Shown: in pieces, positions 18,042 to 28,109 of the stretch | Position numbering within the stretch: the stretch's first letter is position 1 | Layout: every line of letters starts with the position of its first letter | Virus record (IMG/VR): IMGVR_UViG_3300036715_000468 | Reading direction: 5' to 3' (one strand) | Source of the DNA: a virus | Length of the DNA: 64,000 nt | Program-made: the position numbers and the translations under genes | The notes under the pieces: model-generated | Told to the model about the DNA's origin: nothing | The model's database searches: none | The model's input: the letters and a program-made list of their open reading frames with translations, nothing else

Positions 18042-18330
18042 AGTTAATTTGCCGTATCAACTTATCGCCCATCCAATGTGACGACATTTCGCTATCGTCT
18101 GTAGCAAGAACTTTTAACATCTTATCGAATTCTTTCTTAGAGATTTCGCGGCCGTCGATGATAGTTTCACCGAGACATTTTTGTGTAACTGGCTCAAACA
18201 AATCATCCTCGCTACCGGATTCGAGCATCACAACTTCATCATATGCATGTGTCAGTTCATCGGCTTCGACAACATAACGATGTCTGAATGTAACAATTGT
18301 GTCAACTAGGTATAATTTCTTCTTGGTCAT
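18031..18330 (-). CDS. hypothetical protein
   Basis: 99-aa ORF. Confidence 0.4.
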   Translation of the reverse strand: MTKKKLYLVDTIVTFRHRYVVEADELTHAYDEVVMLESGSEDDLFEPVTQKCLGETIIDGREISKKEFDKMLKVLATDDSEMSSHWMGDKLIRQINYDA

Positions 18331-18686
18331 GATTTTAGTGCCTCAAAAATAGCATCCCACCGTTCTGCAGGTGTTTTACGTTCCTCGTCTACAAGTGCTG
18401 CAACAGTTTGTGCTTCACCTTCTGGTAGTTTGAAATAAATATCTGCATAGGTACAATCAAAATCAGAATCCTCATCACTATCATACCACGGATGTTCCAT
18501 AGCCATATCAAATACCTCTTGATAATCTTCACGGTTACCGCCACCGCATCGTGTATGAACAACAATGCACCCATCTTTAAGATAGACGTCACGAAATCGT
18601 CCAAAGTCGCCGGTTGTTAACTGAAGTAAATTCATTAATTGTGCAGTATTTGGATTGACACCGTGTACCATATTATATAAACTCAT
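18327..18686 (-). CDS. hypothetical protein
   Basis: 119-aa ORF. Confidence 0.4.
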   Translation of the reverse strand: MSLYNMVHGVNPNTAQLMNLLQLTTGDFGRFRDVYLKDGCIVVHTRCGGGNREDYQEVFDMAMEHPWYDSDEDSDFDCTYADIYFKLPEGEAQTVAALVDEERKTPAERWDAIFEALKS

Positions 18687-18958
18687 TTTACGTCCTTTAA
18701 AATATCTAATATAGATTCTTCATATTCATAGTCTGTAACAAAAAACATTCTATCCACTAAACTAGGAAATCGTCTGTAAGTTGATTTACGTAAAATAGAC
18801 TCTAACCATATTGTATCACCGTTTGTAAGTTTTACCGGATGCCATGCAAACCATGCATGCCAGTTCGTAGAATCCTTACGTAGTTTATATTTCCATTTCA
18901 TAGTTTCCCTTCGAGTTCGTACACACGAGATTCTAGGCGTGTCAGTGATTTCCGCCAA
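18683..18958 (-). CDS. hypothetical protein
   Basis: 91-aa ORF. Confidence 0.35.
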   Translation of the reverse strand: MAEITDTPRISCVRTRRETMKWKYKLRKDSTNWHAWFAWHPVKLTNGDTIWLESILRKSTYRRFPSLVDRMFFVTDYEYEESILDILKDVK

Positions 18959-19116
18959 GTGTCTTGCAGACTAAAATAATAATCACGTTGCCTTTGATCT
19001 AAACTTTTAACGAATTCTCTATTGCTGTCATTCGTTAAATATAGTTCGTCGACTCGTTCTTGGCTAGATGTGTCACGTTCAAACAAATCTGCAAACAGCC
19101 ATTTTAACATTTTCAT
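18898..19116 (-). CDS. hypothetical protein
   Basis: 72-aa ORF. Confidence 0.3.
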   Translation of the reverse strand: MKMLKWLFADLFERDTSSQERVDELYLTNDSNREFVKSLDQRQRDYYFSLQDTWRKSLTRLESRVYELEGKL

Positions 19117-19943
19117 ATTTCAAATTTCCTCGCTAAGTCATAACTCATTCTAAACCCGGATGCATGTTCGTGCCCGCCGCCATCGAACTGCACAGCAATG
19201 TCACCTACATGCACACCGTTTTCTTCTGATCGTAGACCAAATTCACGACCGTCGGGCTTATCGTAATAGTATACAGCAAATGGTTCGTTCTTTGCAAGAG
19301 CGTGACACATATCGGAACCATACATATATGGAACGTTTGCAGCAGGCACATTATATCCCGCAATATTCATTCTACGAACTACAACACCCATTAGCTCCTT
19401 AATGTTTTTAGCCTGGGCACGTTCAATAGCTGTACCTTGCAGAACCTGTTCATCCAAATTCTGATTAAATAACATATCCCAATTTTCGAATGTATAATCG
19501 TAACTGAATATGTTTGCCTGTATTTCGCGTGTTCCTGGCAATAAGAATTTCCAACGATCCCGATCATCAATGTGTTTAATGAATTGTGGTACTTCGATTG
19601 CAGGATAGAAATATTTCCACGTTAACATTGCGCCGCTCTCAGTATTAGCGGGGCTATAGAATTTTTCAAAATTGGATGGGTTAAAATCTGCCAAATCTCG
19701 AATAGCAGTATCGTGGTGGTCGATGTGAATTACTTTTAATGCTTTACTTGTTAGTTCTTCCATTACAGGAAGTTTATAGCTAAAGTCTACCATGTAGACA
19801 ATCTTGCCCGTAACATCGGGCGGTGTTGTTTGATAAAAACCTGCGTAAAATTCCGCATCCGGGTGTATCTTACTTACGATCCATGCTGCTGTGAATCCGT
19901 CTGCACAGTTTCCATGATACACCACTATTATTTTACTCATCAA
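19113..19943 (-). CDS. DHH-family phosphoesterase (nanoRNase / RecJ-like catalytic core)
   Basis: YHGNCADG (DHH motif I/II) and KVIHIDHHD (DHH motif III). Confidence 0.7.
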   Translation of the reverse strand: MMSKIIVVYHGNCADGFTAAWIVSKIHPDAEFYAGFYQTTPPDVTGKIVYMVDFSYKLPVMEELTSKALKVIHIDHHDTAIRDLADFNPSNFEKFYSPANTESGAMLTWKYFYPAIEVPQFIKHIDDRDRWKFLLPGTREIQANIFSYDYTFENWDMLFNQNLDEQVLQGTAIERAQAKNIKELMGVVVRRMNIAGYNVPAANVPYMYGSDMCHALAKNEPFAVYYYDKPDGREFGLRSEENGVHVGDIAVQFDGGGHEHASGFRMSYDLARKFEI

Positions 19944-20010
19944 ATTTCCTTATCTTATTATACTTTTCATATATTTCTTCTATTTCTAAAGGATTCGTGA
20001 TACATGCATA

Positions 20011-20199
20011 TTATACTATTTTATGTTTATTTAGAAACTCATTTAAACTTGTTTTATTATCTTCTAAGTATAATCTAAGGAGTGTTAGGGAGAGTCGATT
20101 TGTGTCACCTATACTCTCAGTATCCATTAGTGAATCTGCACATCTTAGTGCATCGAATATATCTATGCTTGTAATCGGGTATTCTTGTAAATTTCTCAT
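20011..20199 (-). CDS. hypothetical protein
   Basis: 62-aa ORF. Confidence 0.3.
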   Translation of the reverse strand: MRNLQEYPITSIDIFDALRCADSLMDTESIGDTNRLSLTLLRLYLEDNKTSLNEFLNKHKIV

Positions 20200-20430
20200 T
20201 TATTTTCCTTTAGATTGCATACTTTTATGGCGTATATTGCGTCCATGTATTCTGTGAGGCTTGCTCATATATTTTGGTTCGCAGTCTGCAAATACTGAAT
20301 GGGCACAAATAAGCCCATTCAGCATACCATGCATATATTGTACACTCGGATCGTGTGCATGTATACAATCCGTTTGTATTCCGATAAGTCTCTCTAAAGT
20401 GCTAAGGTCTTTTTGTAACTTCTCATTCAT
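20200..20430 (-). CDS. hypothetical small Cys/His-rich protein; start trimmed to an internal Met so that it overlaps the DpdA gene end by only 8 nt
   Basis: the track ORF 20200..20505 overlaps the DpdA 3' end by 83 nt in another frame; the internal start MNEKLQKD lies just after the DpdA stop. Confidence 0.3.
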   Translation of the reverse strand: MNEKLQKDLSTLERLIGIQTDCIHAHDPSVQYMHGMLNGLICAHSVFADCEPKYMSKPHRIHGRNIRHKSMQSKGK

Positions 20431-21985
20431 CTTCTTCTGCAAGGTGCATGTCATCCATATCAGCCATGTCCTGGACATCAGGTGCTTCCTCGACTGAGAC
20501 ATCATCGATTTTATGCCACATATCCTCTTGTCCCATTGTTGTGACTTGCTTCTTATTACCGAAACTAATACTTTCTAGGAATGCAGTATATTCTTCTAAT
20601 AAAGCACGTGGATTAGGTGTTGCTGGATCGAGTAATTTTTCAACAAAGGAGTTAAAATACAAAATGTTATTAGGAACAAATTCATCTTTATTAACAGGCT
20701 TCTTCTTTCCCTGGCGATACCAAGCACTAGGATCTACTGTACCAAGTTTTGCATATGCAACGTCAGCTAATCGATTGATTTCCTGAACTGCATCGATATG
20801 GTTAAAAACGTTGTGCGCCATTACAAGTGCATAAGAAGTTGTGTCCCAGCTTGTCTTACCTTCCTTACCATGCTTGTTTACGTCACCCGGGCCCATAACA
20901 CAGATGTCACCTACTGTTAATCTGTTGTTAATAGGTCCACCGTATGGCATCGCATTTTTAGATTTAGTAAATCCTTTATTGTCTATACCTTTACCCATAG
21001 AATAAGTAAGTCTATCTGCGCTGAAGTGAGTATAATCATAAGATAATGCATACCCACCGGCTGCTACGAATGGCGAAGCAGCATCAAAACTAATACTTAG
21101 ATTTGGGTTATCATGTTTCTTAAGTTGGCGTTCAATCGATGTTAAATAACATGCCCAGTCAAGCCTACCGATACCAAGGAAGTGAATCCAATCCTTCCCT
21201 GCTAACATATTATCGTCACGTAAGTCAAGAATACGACTTAATGTAGTTTTCATTTGTCGCATATTACAACCAGCAAACGCATATCCCTCTAGTGTGCGAT
21301 CGCGTGTATAACCCATTGCTTCGACTGCGTCCGGCATACTATACGGAATAACTCGTTCATACCAGGTTTTAGAGTTGTCTGCATCACTGCCAGACAACAC
21401 ATTTAAAAACTTAGTTGCGCCTGGTACCCTATTACTCATAAAGTATTGCAAATTATACTCAGTTACATCCAAGCAATCTTCGAAACAAGTTAGTCCAGTC
21501 TTTGCACCGAATGGTGGTGTCCACGCAAACGCTGGAACATCGAGTGTCATCGACCAGTCAGCTGTATGTTCTAAGTATCTAAGAATCTCTTCGCGTAACT
21601 TATCACCAGCCGGAGTCTTTACTGTTGTCCAGTCAAGTTTAATAACACCTGTTGCAATTTGGAATCCGCCACTATCACCGATAAGTATTGTTTTCTCTCT
21701 ATCTCGTCCGTGAATCATCGGCGCCGCACGATCACATTTTGCTAAATTTCTATTAGCGTGACCTGCAGAATATAGTCCATATGGATAATGGTAATACGAA
21801 TCTTCAGGTTTTAAGAAGTCGATTCCCTGTATTCCGTGTTCGAATTTTTCTGGCACTCGCTCTGGCTTAATATAATCTGCGATATTTTTGTCGTATCCTA
21901 GCTGTGTTACATAAAAACCACTGATGGCTGGCAAATATTTTGCCCATTTGCCGTCATCGTGCATCTTCCCTAAATCAATTCCCAT
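20423..21985 (-). CDS. dpdA: TGT-family 7-deazaguanine transglycosylase (DpdA-like DNA-modifying enzyme) with an acidic C-terminal tail
   Basis: ILIGDSGGFQIATG matches the catalytic DSGGFQ box of queuine/archaeosine TGT; sits in a phage with QueE; 520 aa. Confidence 0.7.
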   Translation of the reverse strand: MGIDLGKMHDDGKWAKYLPAISGFYVTQLGYDKNIADYIKPERVPEKFEHGIQGIDFLKPEDSYYHYPYGLYSAGHANRNLAKCDRAAPMIHGRDREKTILIGDSGGFQIATGVIKLDWTTVKTPAGDKLREEILRYLEHTADWSMTLDVPAFAWTPPFGAKTGLTCFEDCLDVTEYNLQYFMSNRVPGATKFLNVLSGSDADNSKTWYERVIPYSMPDAVEAMGYTRDRTLEGYAFAGCNMRQMKTTLSRILDLRDDNMLAGKDWIHFLGIGRLDWACYLTSIERQLKKHDNPNLSISFDAASPFVAAGGYALSYDYTHFSADRLTYSMGKGIDNKGFTKSKNAMPYGGPINNRLTVGDICVMGPGDVNKHGKEGKTSWDTTSYALVMAHNVFNHIDAVQEINRLADVAYAKLGTVDPSAWYRQGKKKPVNKDEFVPNNILYFNSFVEKLLDPATPNPRALLEEYTAFLESISFGNKKQVTTMGQEDMWHKIDDVSVEEAPDVQDMADMDDMHLAEEDE

Positions 21986-22019
21986 TAGTTTCCTCTGTAG
22001 TTGTTAGTGTATTTAGGTT

Positions 22020-22772
22020 TTAAGCCTTGCCTGCAGGTAAAATATAGGAATATTTTCCTAAGCCACTGTCGATCTCAATTTTCATTGCACCGGAGTCTGA
22101 GAAGCTCATTGTCGACGAAGACGACGTCTCTGTCAATTTCAAAATACCTAACACCTGCGATAAAGGCCATGACCACTGATGCTTCATTGTACCTGATACC
22201 TTTTCTGCAAACGGTAATATTGTCCTGTCTGTTGGGCCAATACCAACACTAAAGATTAACGTATCTGTTGCATCAACACTTACTACGAAGCGTTTTTCGA
22301 AGCCACCTAAGGTTCCTAACATGTAAGACAACTCTGTAATCTTTTTCTTTTCCGGAGTAATTGTTACATTCCATGGTGCGCCTTTAAATGCAGGTACTTT
22401 AATCTGTTCATTCACCATTGTCTCGCTCATGAAACGATAGTTAGATAGGTGCCCACCACCACTGGAAAATTTAATTTCTGTTGGCGCATTTGCACCGTTA
22501 CGCATTTCGGATACGATTTCTGTTACAGCCTTTTCGCCTGAATATGGTGGAAAATCAATAAAGCCCTTCAATACTGCAATACGCGATAATCCTACTGTTG
22601 TATCGATGCCTGTGATTGGCTGGTATAAGCTACCGAAAATCACAACTGTCTTATCTGCGTCAATTGCTTCTATTTTTGCATCAGTTGTTGTTCCGATAAT
22701 TTTTACCATATCAATAAAGCCTAACGAATTCGTATGCTTAATGATGTCTTTCAAACTGTCTAATATGTTCAT
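22020..22772 (-). CDS. candidate sliding clamp (gp45-like); start trimmed to MNILDSL
   Basis: ~250 aa, directly downstream of the DNA polymerase; AAGGA RBS before the internal Met; loose N- and C-terminal pattern similarity to T4 gp45. Confidence 0.4.
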   Translation of the reverse strand: MNILDSLKDIIKHTNSLGFIDMVKIIGTTTDAKIEAIDADKTVVIFGSLYQPITGIDTTVGLSRIAVLKGFIDFPPYSGEKAVTEIVSEMRNGANAPTEIKFSSGGGHLSNYRFMSETMVNEQIKVPAFKGAPWNVTITPEKKKITELSYMLGTLGGFEKRFVVSVDATDTLIFSVGIGPTDRTILPFAEKVSGTMKHQWSWPLSQVLGILKLTETSSSSTMSFSDSGAMKIEIDSGLGKYSYILPAGKA

Positions 22773-22999
22773 GTTGTTTCCTTGTTTAATAGTTGTGTTT
22801 TTGGTCGTAATGTAATGCATGTATTTCTTGGATCAGTACAAATATAATAATCTGTCAATAATTCAGTTGGCACTGATCCATAAATCATTTCAGCAATATT
22901 AGGATCCATTCGACCGGGTATAATAGCATAAAATTGATTGTTCATTGTGTGTCCTTTAATGCTGTAGTATATAGAATTTCAGTAAGAAAGTCAAGGATT

Positions 23000-25951
23000 T
23001 CACATGTTACTGAAATCAAATAATGTCTCTAAATGTGCATGTTCTTTATTTGTTCTACTAAGATCCCATTTAAGAACACCTAACAAGTTTTCTACCTTCT
23101 TATCTACGATACCTGCCATCATATCTTCACTATCGAACGGGAGACTCAAGAACCATTCCGGCAAATGTGTTTCATCGACGGGATAAGCAATACTTGATAA
23201 TCTATTTTCACTTGTTTCTTTTAATTTACAAATAATAATCTTTTGTCCATCGATGATACGCATAGCATGTTGATCCATATGAACTTCTTTTAACCTATTC
23301 CATGCAAGGCTGGCCGTTACGTGTCCAGGTACATGTAAATTACCTACATGAATCCCTTTCATCTTTTTGAACCCTGCATCTTCAAGTTTGTCTTTATAAT
23401 GAGTTAACTTATTAACTGAACGAGGTGTACCTTGTTGCCACGGTTTCATATCTTCAAATTTTTCTTTGAACAAACGAACCTTCTCTATCACAGCGTTCTC
23501 GCCCTTGTCTGTAAGAGTATCCATCAGTATGTCTGACAAGAATTTTTGCACGAATTTCGGTGTATCTGCGCGTTTTAAATCAAGACCCATAGCCTTTACT
23601 TTGCCTACTTTGCCAGCAACGTCAAGTCTAATACCATCCTTGTCATACATCAAACAAGCATAACGCTTCTTAACCATCCATATACCTGTCTCAGATACTG
23701 TTTCACGTGAACTAGCAATTACACCGGTCGAACGCTTAACTGGCACATGCAAACTAGATAATAAGAATTCGGGAAATGTTGCTGATACAGCTTTAGCTAA
23801 ATCATTATATAAATCCACAACACTTTCCTTTGTCCACAGGATATCGCCATTCTCGATTTCTTCTTTAAGACTAGGGTATGCCGAAAAATAACACGAGTCA
23901 GTATCGCCATATACTATTGACTTACCGTAATGATCATATTCGCCTGTGATCATTTCATTTGTTTTAGCAGCCATATGTTTAGTAATTGTTCTACCAGTTA
24001 AAGTAGTTGATTGCCCTAAGCGTTGATCGAAGAATCTGCTACCTGCATTCAATAACGCACCATATGCAGAGTTAAGGTTAATTTTCTTAACTAGTTGACG
24101 CTTGTCCCAGAAACTGATAATACGTGCTAAGACTGCTTGATCTCTATAAATTGCTTTACCATCCTTAACTGTTAAATTATGTTGGTTCATATATTGCACG
24201 ACACGCTTCTTATGACCCTCAGTAATAAGTTCTCGTAATTTTTTAGGCTTATATGATTCGGAATCTATATAAGGATTTGCCTTTATATCTGTATCACTAA
24301 TATCTTCTATACTAAACAAGTCGCTAGGTACTTTAACACCTGCCATTTTAGCATTATCCGATATATCCTCGTAATTAGTCATAATACCTTGCAACACTTT
24401 ACGTTCACTGTACCATCGTGTTAATAGACTAGGAATTACACCGTCAGCGTCAGTCTTAAAGATTGTCCCGTTTGCACTAATGCACCAAGGTTGACCTCCC
24501 TCAAAGATTAAGTCATGAAGTTCTTTGCCTGTTACTTCATACTCAGACCCGTCTTCCATATCGAGAATTAATTTGTTACCAATGTCCTCATTATAGAAAT
24601 CGTCCATTTCTAATACATGAAATCTATCATTCCACCACGATGCAAATGTATATCTGGCGCCTTTCGCTTCCCATGCTGCAATTGCTGTATTAGTGCGATC
24701 TAGTCTGATCTGTCCAACGATCATTTCTGGACTCATGTTCAACGTTCTAATAACAGACGGATACAAGGATTTCATATCTGTGCTACCAATCCATCTGTGG
24801 AATCCCTTCCTCGGTGTTGCTACCCATCCACCTGCTGCCCTTACGTCTTTTTCACTGCTAGTATGTTTCTTGTCAGGACAAATCATATTACGATTATGTG
24901 CTTCCATTAACACGTTTTGGTCTGTTACTGCAACCGCACCCATAACCTTAGGAATCAATACACAGCTAGAATGCGCAATCGAATTAGCTAAGTCGATAAA
25001 CTGTAATTTCTTATCAAGTTTATCTAACAAACGTGTATCTTGAAGGTTGTATTCTAAGAATTTCCTAAAATCATCGTTATACAATTCGTCGAGTGTTCCT
25101 TCGTATGCAATTTTTGTTTCGTCAAGTTCAATTTCTGCAATCGCATTTAACGCATAGCTATGTCGTTCTTCATAGTTGTATTGTTTGTAAATCTGCATAT
25201 AATCCATCGAAATTCGACCAATTAAATCATATGTCAACGCTTCGCGACCACCACGTTCATACTTACGTTCTTTCGGCGATTGATCCCATAGACAGAGTCT
25301 ACGAGCTTCGTGTTTACCTAATACTTTCTTTATACGATTTACTACATACGGAATATCATACGCTTCTGAATTCCATCCCGATAATACATCTGCATCAGAT
25401 ATTACATCGATAAACGCATTTAGCATTTCAACTTCGGTCTTAAACAGAACTACATTACCTACTTCATCTGCAATTGCCGATGCTTCTTCCCACGTTAATG
25501 TCTCGGGAGGAAATGCTAGACAGATAATTTCGTCAAGCCATTGTAAATGAACCGATATAGCAGTTATATAATTGTCTGCATCAGCAGCTTCGGACCAACC
25601 TTCTTCTTTATCAAAGCTAGTCTCAATATCGAAAAAGGCTACATTTAGCGCAGGTGCTTCGCCCGAATGATAATTATGTTCTAAGCAACGTCCTATGGGA
25701 TTAACATCGGATTCCCATTTCTTAACATTACCTGACATTGTCTTAACTAATTTTTGTTTTTCAGTAAATGACTGTGGGACAATCTTCTTGAGTGTATTTC
25801 CATAGATTGATTTATGTGATCCACGCGGATCACTAACATAGAAATGATAGTCGGGCGGATATTCTTTATAAACTCTTTTACCGTTTATACGTTCTACTAC
25901 CTTAATTACTTCTTCTTTGCCGTTCCTGTTAAAATAACTGTCGACATACAT
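23000..25951 (-). CDS. family-B DNA polymerase (T4 gp43-like)
   Basis: FDIETS (exo I), DMKSLYPSVI (pol motif A) and IVYGDTDSCYF (motif C, YGDTDS). Confidence 0.95.
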   Translation of the reverse strand: MYVDSYFNRNGKEEVIKVVERINGKRVYKEYPPDYHFYVSDPRGSHKSIYGNTLKKIVPQSFTEKQKLVKTMSGNVKKWESDVNPIGRCLEHNYHSGEAPALNVAFFDIETSFDKEEGWSEAADADNYITAISVHLQWLDEIICLAFPPETLTWEEASAIADEVGNVVLFKTEVEMLNAFIDVISDADVLSGWNSEAYDIPYVVNRIKKVLGKHEARRLCLWDQSPKERKYERGGREALTYDLIGRISMDYMQIYKQYNYEERHSYALNAIAEIELDETKIAYEGTLDELYNDDFRKFLEYNLQDTRLLDKLDKKLQFIDLANSIAHSSCVLIPKVMGAVAVTDQNVLMEAHNRNMICPDKKHTSSEKDVRAAGGWVATPRKGFHRWIGSTDMKSLYPSVIRTLNMSPEMIVGQIRLDRTNTAIAAWEAKGARYTFASWWNDRFHVLEMDDFYNEDIGNKLILDMEDGSEYEVTGKELHDLIFEGGQPWCISANGTIFKTDADGVIPSLLTRWYSERKVLQGIMTNYEDISDNAKMAGVKVPSDLFSIEDISDTDIKANPYIDSESYKPKKLRELITEGHKKRVVQYMNQHNLTVKDGKAIYRDQAVLARIISFWDKRQLVKKINLNSAYGALLNAGSRFFDQRLGQSTTLTGRTITKHMAAKTNEMITGEYDHYGKSIVYGDTDSCYFSAYPSLKEEIENGDILWTKESVVDLYNDLAKAVSATFPEFLLSSLHVPVKRSTGVIASSRETVSETGIWMVKKRYACLMYDKDGIRLDVAGKVGKVKAMGLDLKRADTPKFVQKFLSDILMDTLTDKGENAVIEKVRLFKEKFEDMKPWQQGTPRSVNKLTHYKDKLEDAGFKKMKGIHVGNLHVPGHVTASLAWNRLKEVHMDQHAMRIIDGQKIIICKLKETSENRLSSIAYPVDETHLPEWFLSLPFDSEDMMAGIVDKKVENLLGVLKWDLSRTNKEHAHLETLFDFSNM

Positions 25952-26202
25952 TAACCCAATCCCCCGGATTTATATAATTCTTCCAGTTCTTCCCAGTCTT
26001 CGCGCTGGTCATTCATCTTGCCTTTTTGACAGATCTTGATAAGTTTATTTAACTGTGCAGGTTTTACTTCTAATTCTTCTGCTATTGATTTAACTGTATC
26101 GCTTAGACCTGCCTTTAAGTCTTCCACTTCTTGTAGAACACTCACGCCATCTTTAATTAATTGTTTTAGTCGTGCGATGTTTTCGGGGCTTAATTTCGCC
26201 AT
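25951..26202 (-). CDS. hypothetical protein translationally coupled to the DNA polymerase
   Basis: 83 aa; 1-nt overlap with the polymerase start. Confidence 0.4.
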   Translation of the reverse strand: MAKLSPENIARLKQLIKDGVSVLQEVEDLKAGLSDTVKSIAEELEVKPAQLNKLIKICQKGKMNDQREDWEELEELYKSGGLG

Positions 26203-26287
26203 ATAACTCCTTGTAGTTGCTTTGTGTTTTACTTAGCGTTTAAGTTATTATAACTTCAGCTATTGCGAAAATCAAGAATTTCGGGGA

Positions 26288-27670
26288 TTAGAAACGGCCT
26301 GTAGCATTTCCGGGGGTACCGTTGTTAGTACCTTTGTATTGATGGTCATCGTAACCGTGTATGGGTGATAGCAAACCTTTTCTTTGTGTCTCATCGGCAA
26401 CTGCTTGGCCGAAACGATACATTTGGTCGGGCATTACTCTGTTAAGCCATTCTACTATAAGTGGTCTAATATCACGACCCGGGTCAGTTTCTTCTAACGA
26501 AGTAAATTGATCGTTTAATTCGTCATCATTGATAATTTCCGATATGTAAATAGGTGCTACGATAGCTGGAATCGGTTTTTCCATTAAACGCTTAACCATT
26601 TCGAAATCTTCGGGCGTGAGCGGAAGTTTATGAACTGCTTCGGATAATTTTTCACCGCGCTGCCTGGCTTTAGAAAGTTTACCTACTGCTTGTTTCATTC
26701 CACTCATACGCTTTTTAGCATGGGCACTCGAGCTTTCTTTGTCCACGCCTGCTTTTGCCTTAGCAATATGCCCCTCTGCATCTTTGCCCGATTTACCAAA
26801 ATAACTCTTTAGTGTGTTAACTGATAATTCGTCCAATTCTTCAACCTCGGATAGACGTTTAAGTTCGACTGCATTTATTGTGGAAGGTGTTCTTACCACA
26901 GGTTTATATATAGATGCCCTTGCTATATCACTCCTGTCTATTTCTCTCCGTATTGCTCTTAATGACGATGCTTCTATCTGTCTTATGCGTTCACGATGCA
27001 CTCCAAACACTTTTGCCACTTCTTCGAGTGTCATGCCGTCCATAAATCGCATTTTTATTACATCCTGGTGCCTCGGTAATAATACTTTCATGTATTTCGC
27101 TATTAACTTTTTAGCATCTATACTATCGGTATCAAGGTCGTAGCTATGTAATGGATCACTTGCTATAGATCTTAGTTGTTCTGCGTTGTCTGCAGGATCT
27201 GGGCGCAATGTAGGCATTTTCTCACCATTGTATGTATCGCTGTCCGGATTATATGTCGATGTTTGTCGATTAGGTCGCGCCTCGGTTACAGGAGTAACAG
27301 GGCGTTTTCCGTATCTATATCCGCCATACTTATTATCTAATCTGTCGACTGCTCTAGACGCTCTTGACAAACTAGAGTATGGTTTGCCTACAACTTTACC
27401 AGTCTGACGATCATATACTTCATATTGCTTGTCTTCCGTATTTTCAGCACTCTCAGCTACATTATTTTTCTTAATAATATCCTTAAGTGCGATATAGTCA
27501 GCTTTTAATTTAGACTTTAGGAAATCACGAGCAGTACCTGCAGCCATGCCACAAAGTTTATCAACATACAGATCCATCCGGACTTGTAAAGTGTCGATTT
27601 GCTTCATAGACTTTGTTGATAGACCTTTATCTATCATGGACTTCGGTAGCAGGAGTTCTAGTATTTTCAT
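26288..27670 (-). CDS. protein carrying a sigma-70 region-4 (-35 binding HTH) domain without a recognisable region 2
   Basis: LPRHQDVIKMRFMDGMTLEEVAKVFGVHRERIRQIEASSLRAIRREI is a near-canonical sigma region 4.2; the rest (460 aa) is unrelated and low-complexity. Confidence 0.65.
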   Translation of the reverse strand: MKILELLLPKSMIDKGLSTKSMKQIDTLQVRMDLYVDKLCGMAAGTARDFLKSKLKADYIALKDIIKKNNVAESAENTEDKQYEVYDRQTGKVVGKPYSSLSRASRAVDRLDNKYGGYRYGKRPVTPVTEARPNRQTSTYNPDSDTYNGEKMPTLRPDPADNAEQLRSIASDPLHSYDLDTDSIDAKKLIAKYMKVLLPRHQDVIKMRFMDGMTLEEVAKVFGVHRERIRQIEASSLRAIRREIDRSDIARASIYKPVVRTPSTINAVELKRLSEVEELDELSVNTLKSYFGKSGKDAEGHIAKAKAGVDKESSSAHAKKRMSGMKQAVGKLSKARQRGEKLSEAVHKLPLTPEDFEMVKRLMEKPIPAIVAPIYISEIINDDELNDQFTSLEETDPGRDIRPLIVEWLNRVMPDQMYRFGQAVADETQRKGLLSPIHGYDDHQYKGTNNGTPGNATGRF

Positions 27671-27676
27671 ATTATG

Positions 27677-27684
27677 TATTTATC
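27677..27684 (-). promoter_or_regulatory. GATAAATA element 6 nt upstream of the start of 26288..27670
   Basis: minus strand reads GATAAATA-cataat-ATG; no Shine-Dalgarno. Confidence 0.4.
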
Positions 27685-27707
27685 TAGATACGAAAATAAA
27701 CTCAAAA

Positions 27708-27732
27708 TAAAAGGGACCGAAGTCCCTTTTAA
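27708..27732 (-). terminator. rho-independent terminator hairpin
   Basis: gggaccgaagtccc stem flanked by A and T runs. Confidence 0.6.
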
Positions 27733-27743
27733 GTATATCTAAA

Positions 27744-28109
27744 TTAGATATCAAACTGTGCTGCCACAGAACGTGGAACCAAACTAATGTTTAGTTCTTG
27801 TGCTTTGCTAACAATAGCAGGCAATACAAACAATGCGCCAGGGATGGCAACGATGCCGGCGAATGTAGTTGCTTTAGCTAATTCTACAGCCTTTTTATTT
27901 GCACTAGTAATTTCGTTAATTGTTGCAGTACCAGTTGCAGCTTTCTGGTAAACCTTCATTACTTCTTGGCTATTTGCGTATTCTGTTTCGAATACTTTTT
28001 GGACTTTCTCCATTACTACTTTTACATCTTCTGGCGTCTTAGGGACGTTCGAATAGAATGCTGTAACTGAGTTTAAAAAGTCTTGTGGTGTTTTCATTGT
28101 GCTAAACAT
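27744..28109 (-). CDS. hypothetical C-terminally membrane-anchored protein
   Basis: 121 aa, hydrophobic segment near the C-terminus; an exact TATAAATA lies 67 nt upstream. Confidence 0.45.
   Translation of the reverse strand: MFSTMKTPQDFLNSVTAFYSNVPKTPEDVKVVMEKVQKVFETEYANSQEVMKVYQKAATGTATINEITSANKKAVELAKATTFAGIVAIPGALFVLPAIVSKAQELNISLVPRSVAAQFDI

Noticed and set aside
20200-20505. Full-length 101-aa ORF overlapping the DpdA 3' end
   Set aside because: The 83-nt out-of-frame overlap with a well-supported gene is unlikely. I trimmed it to the internal Met at about 20430.
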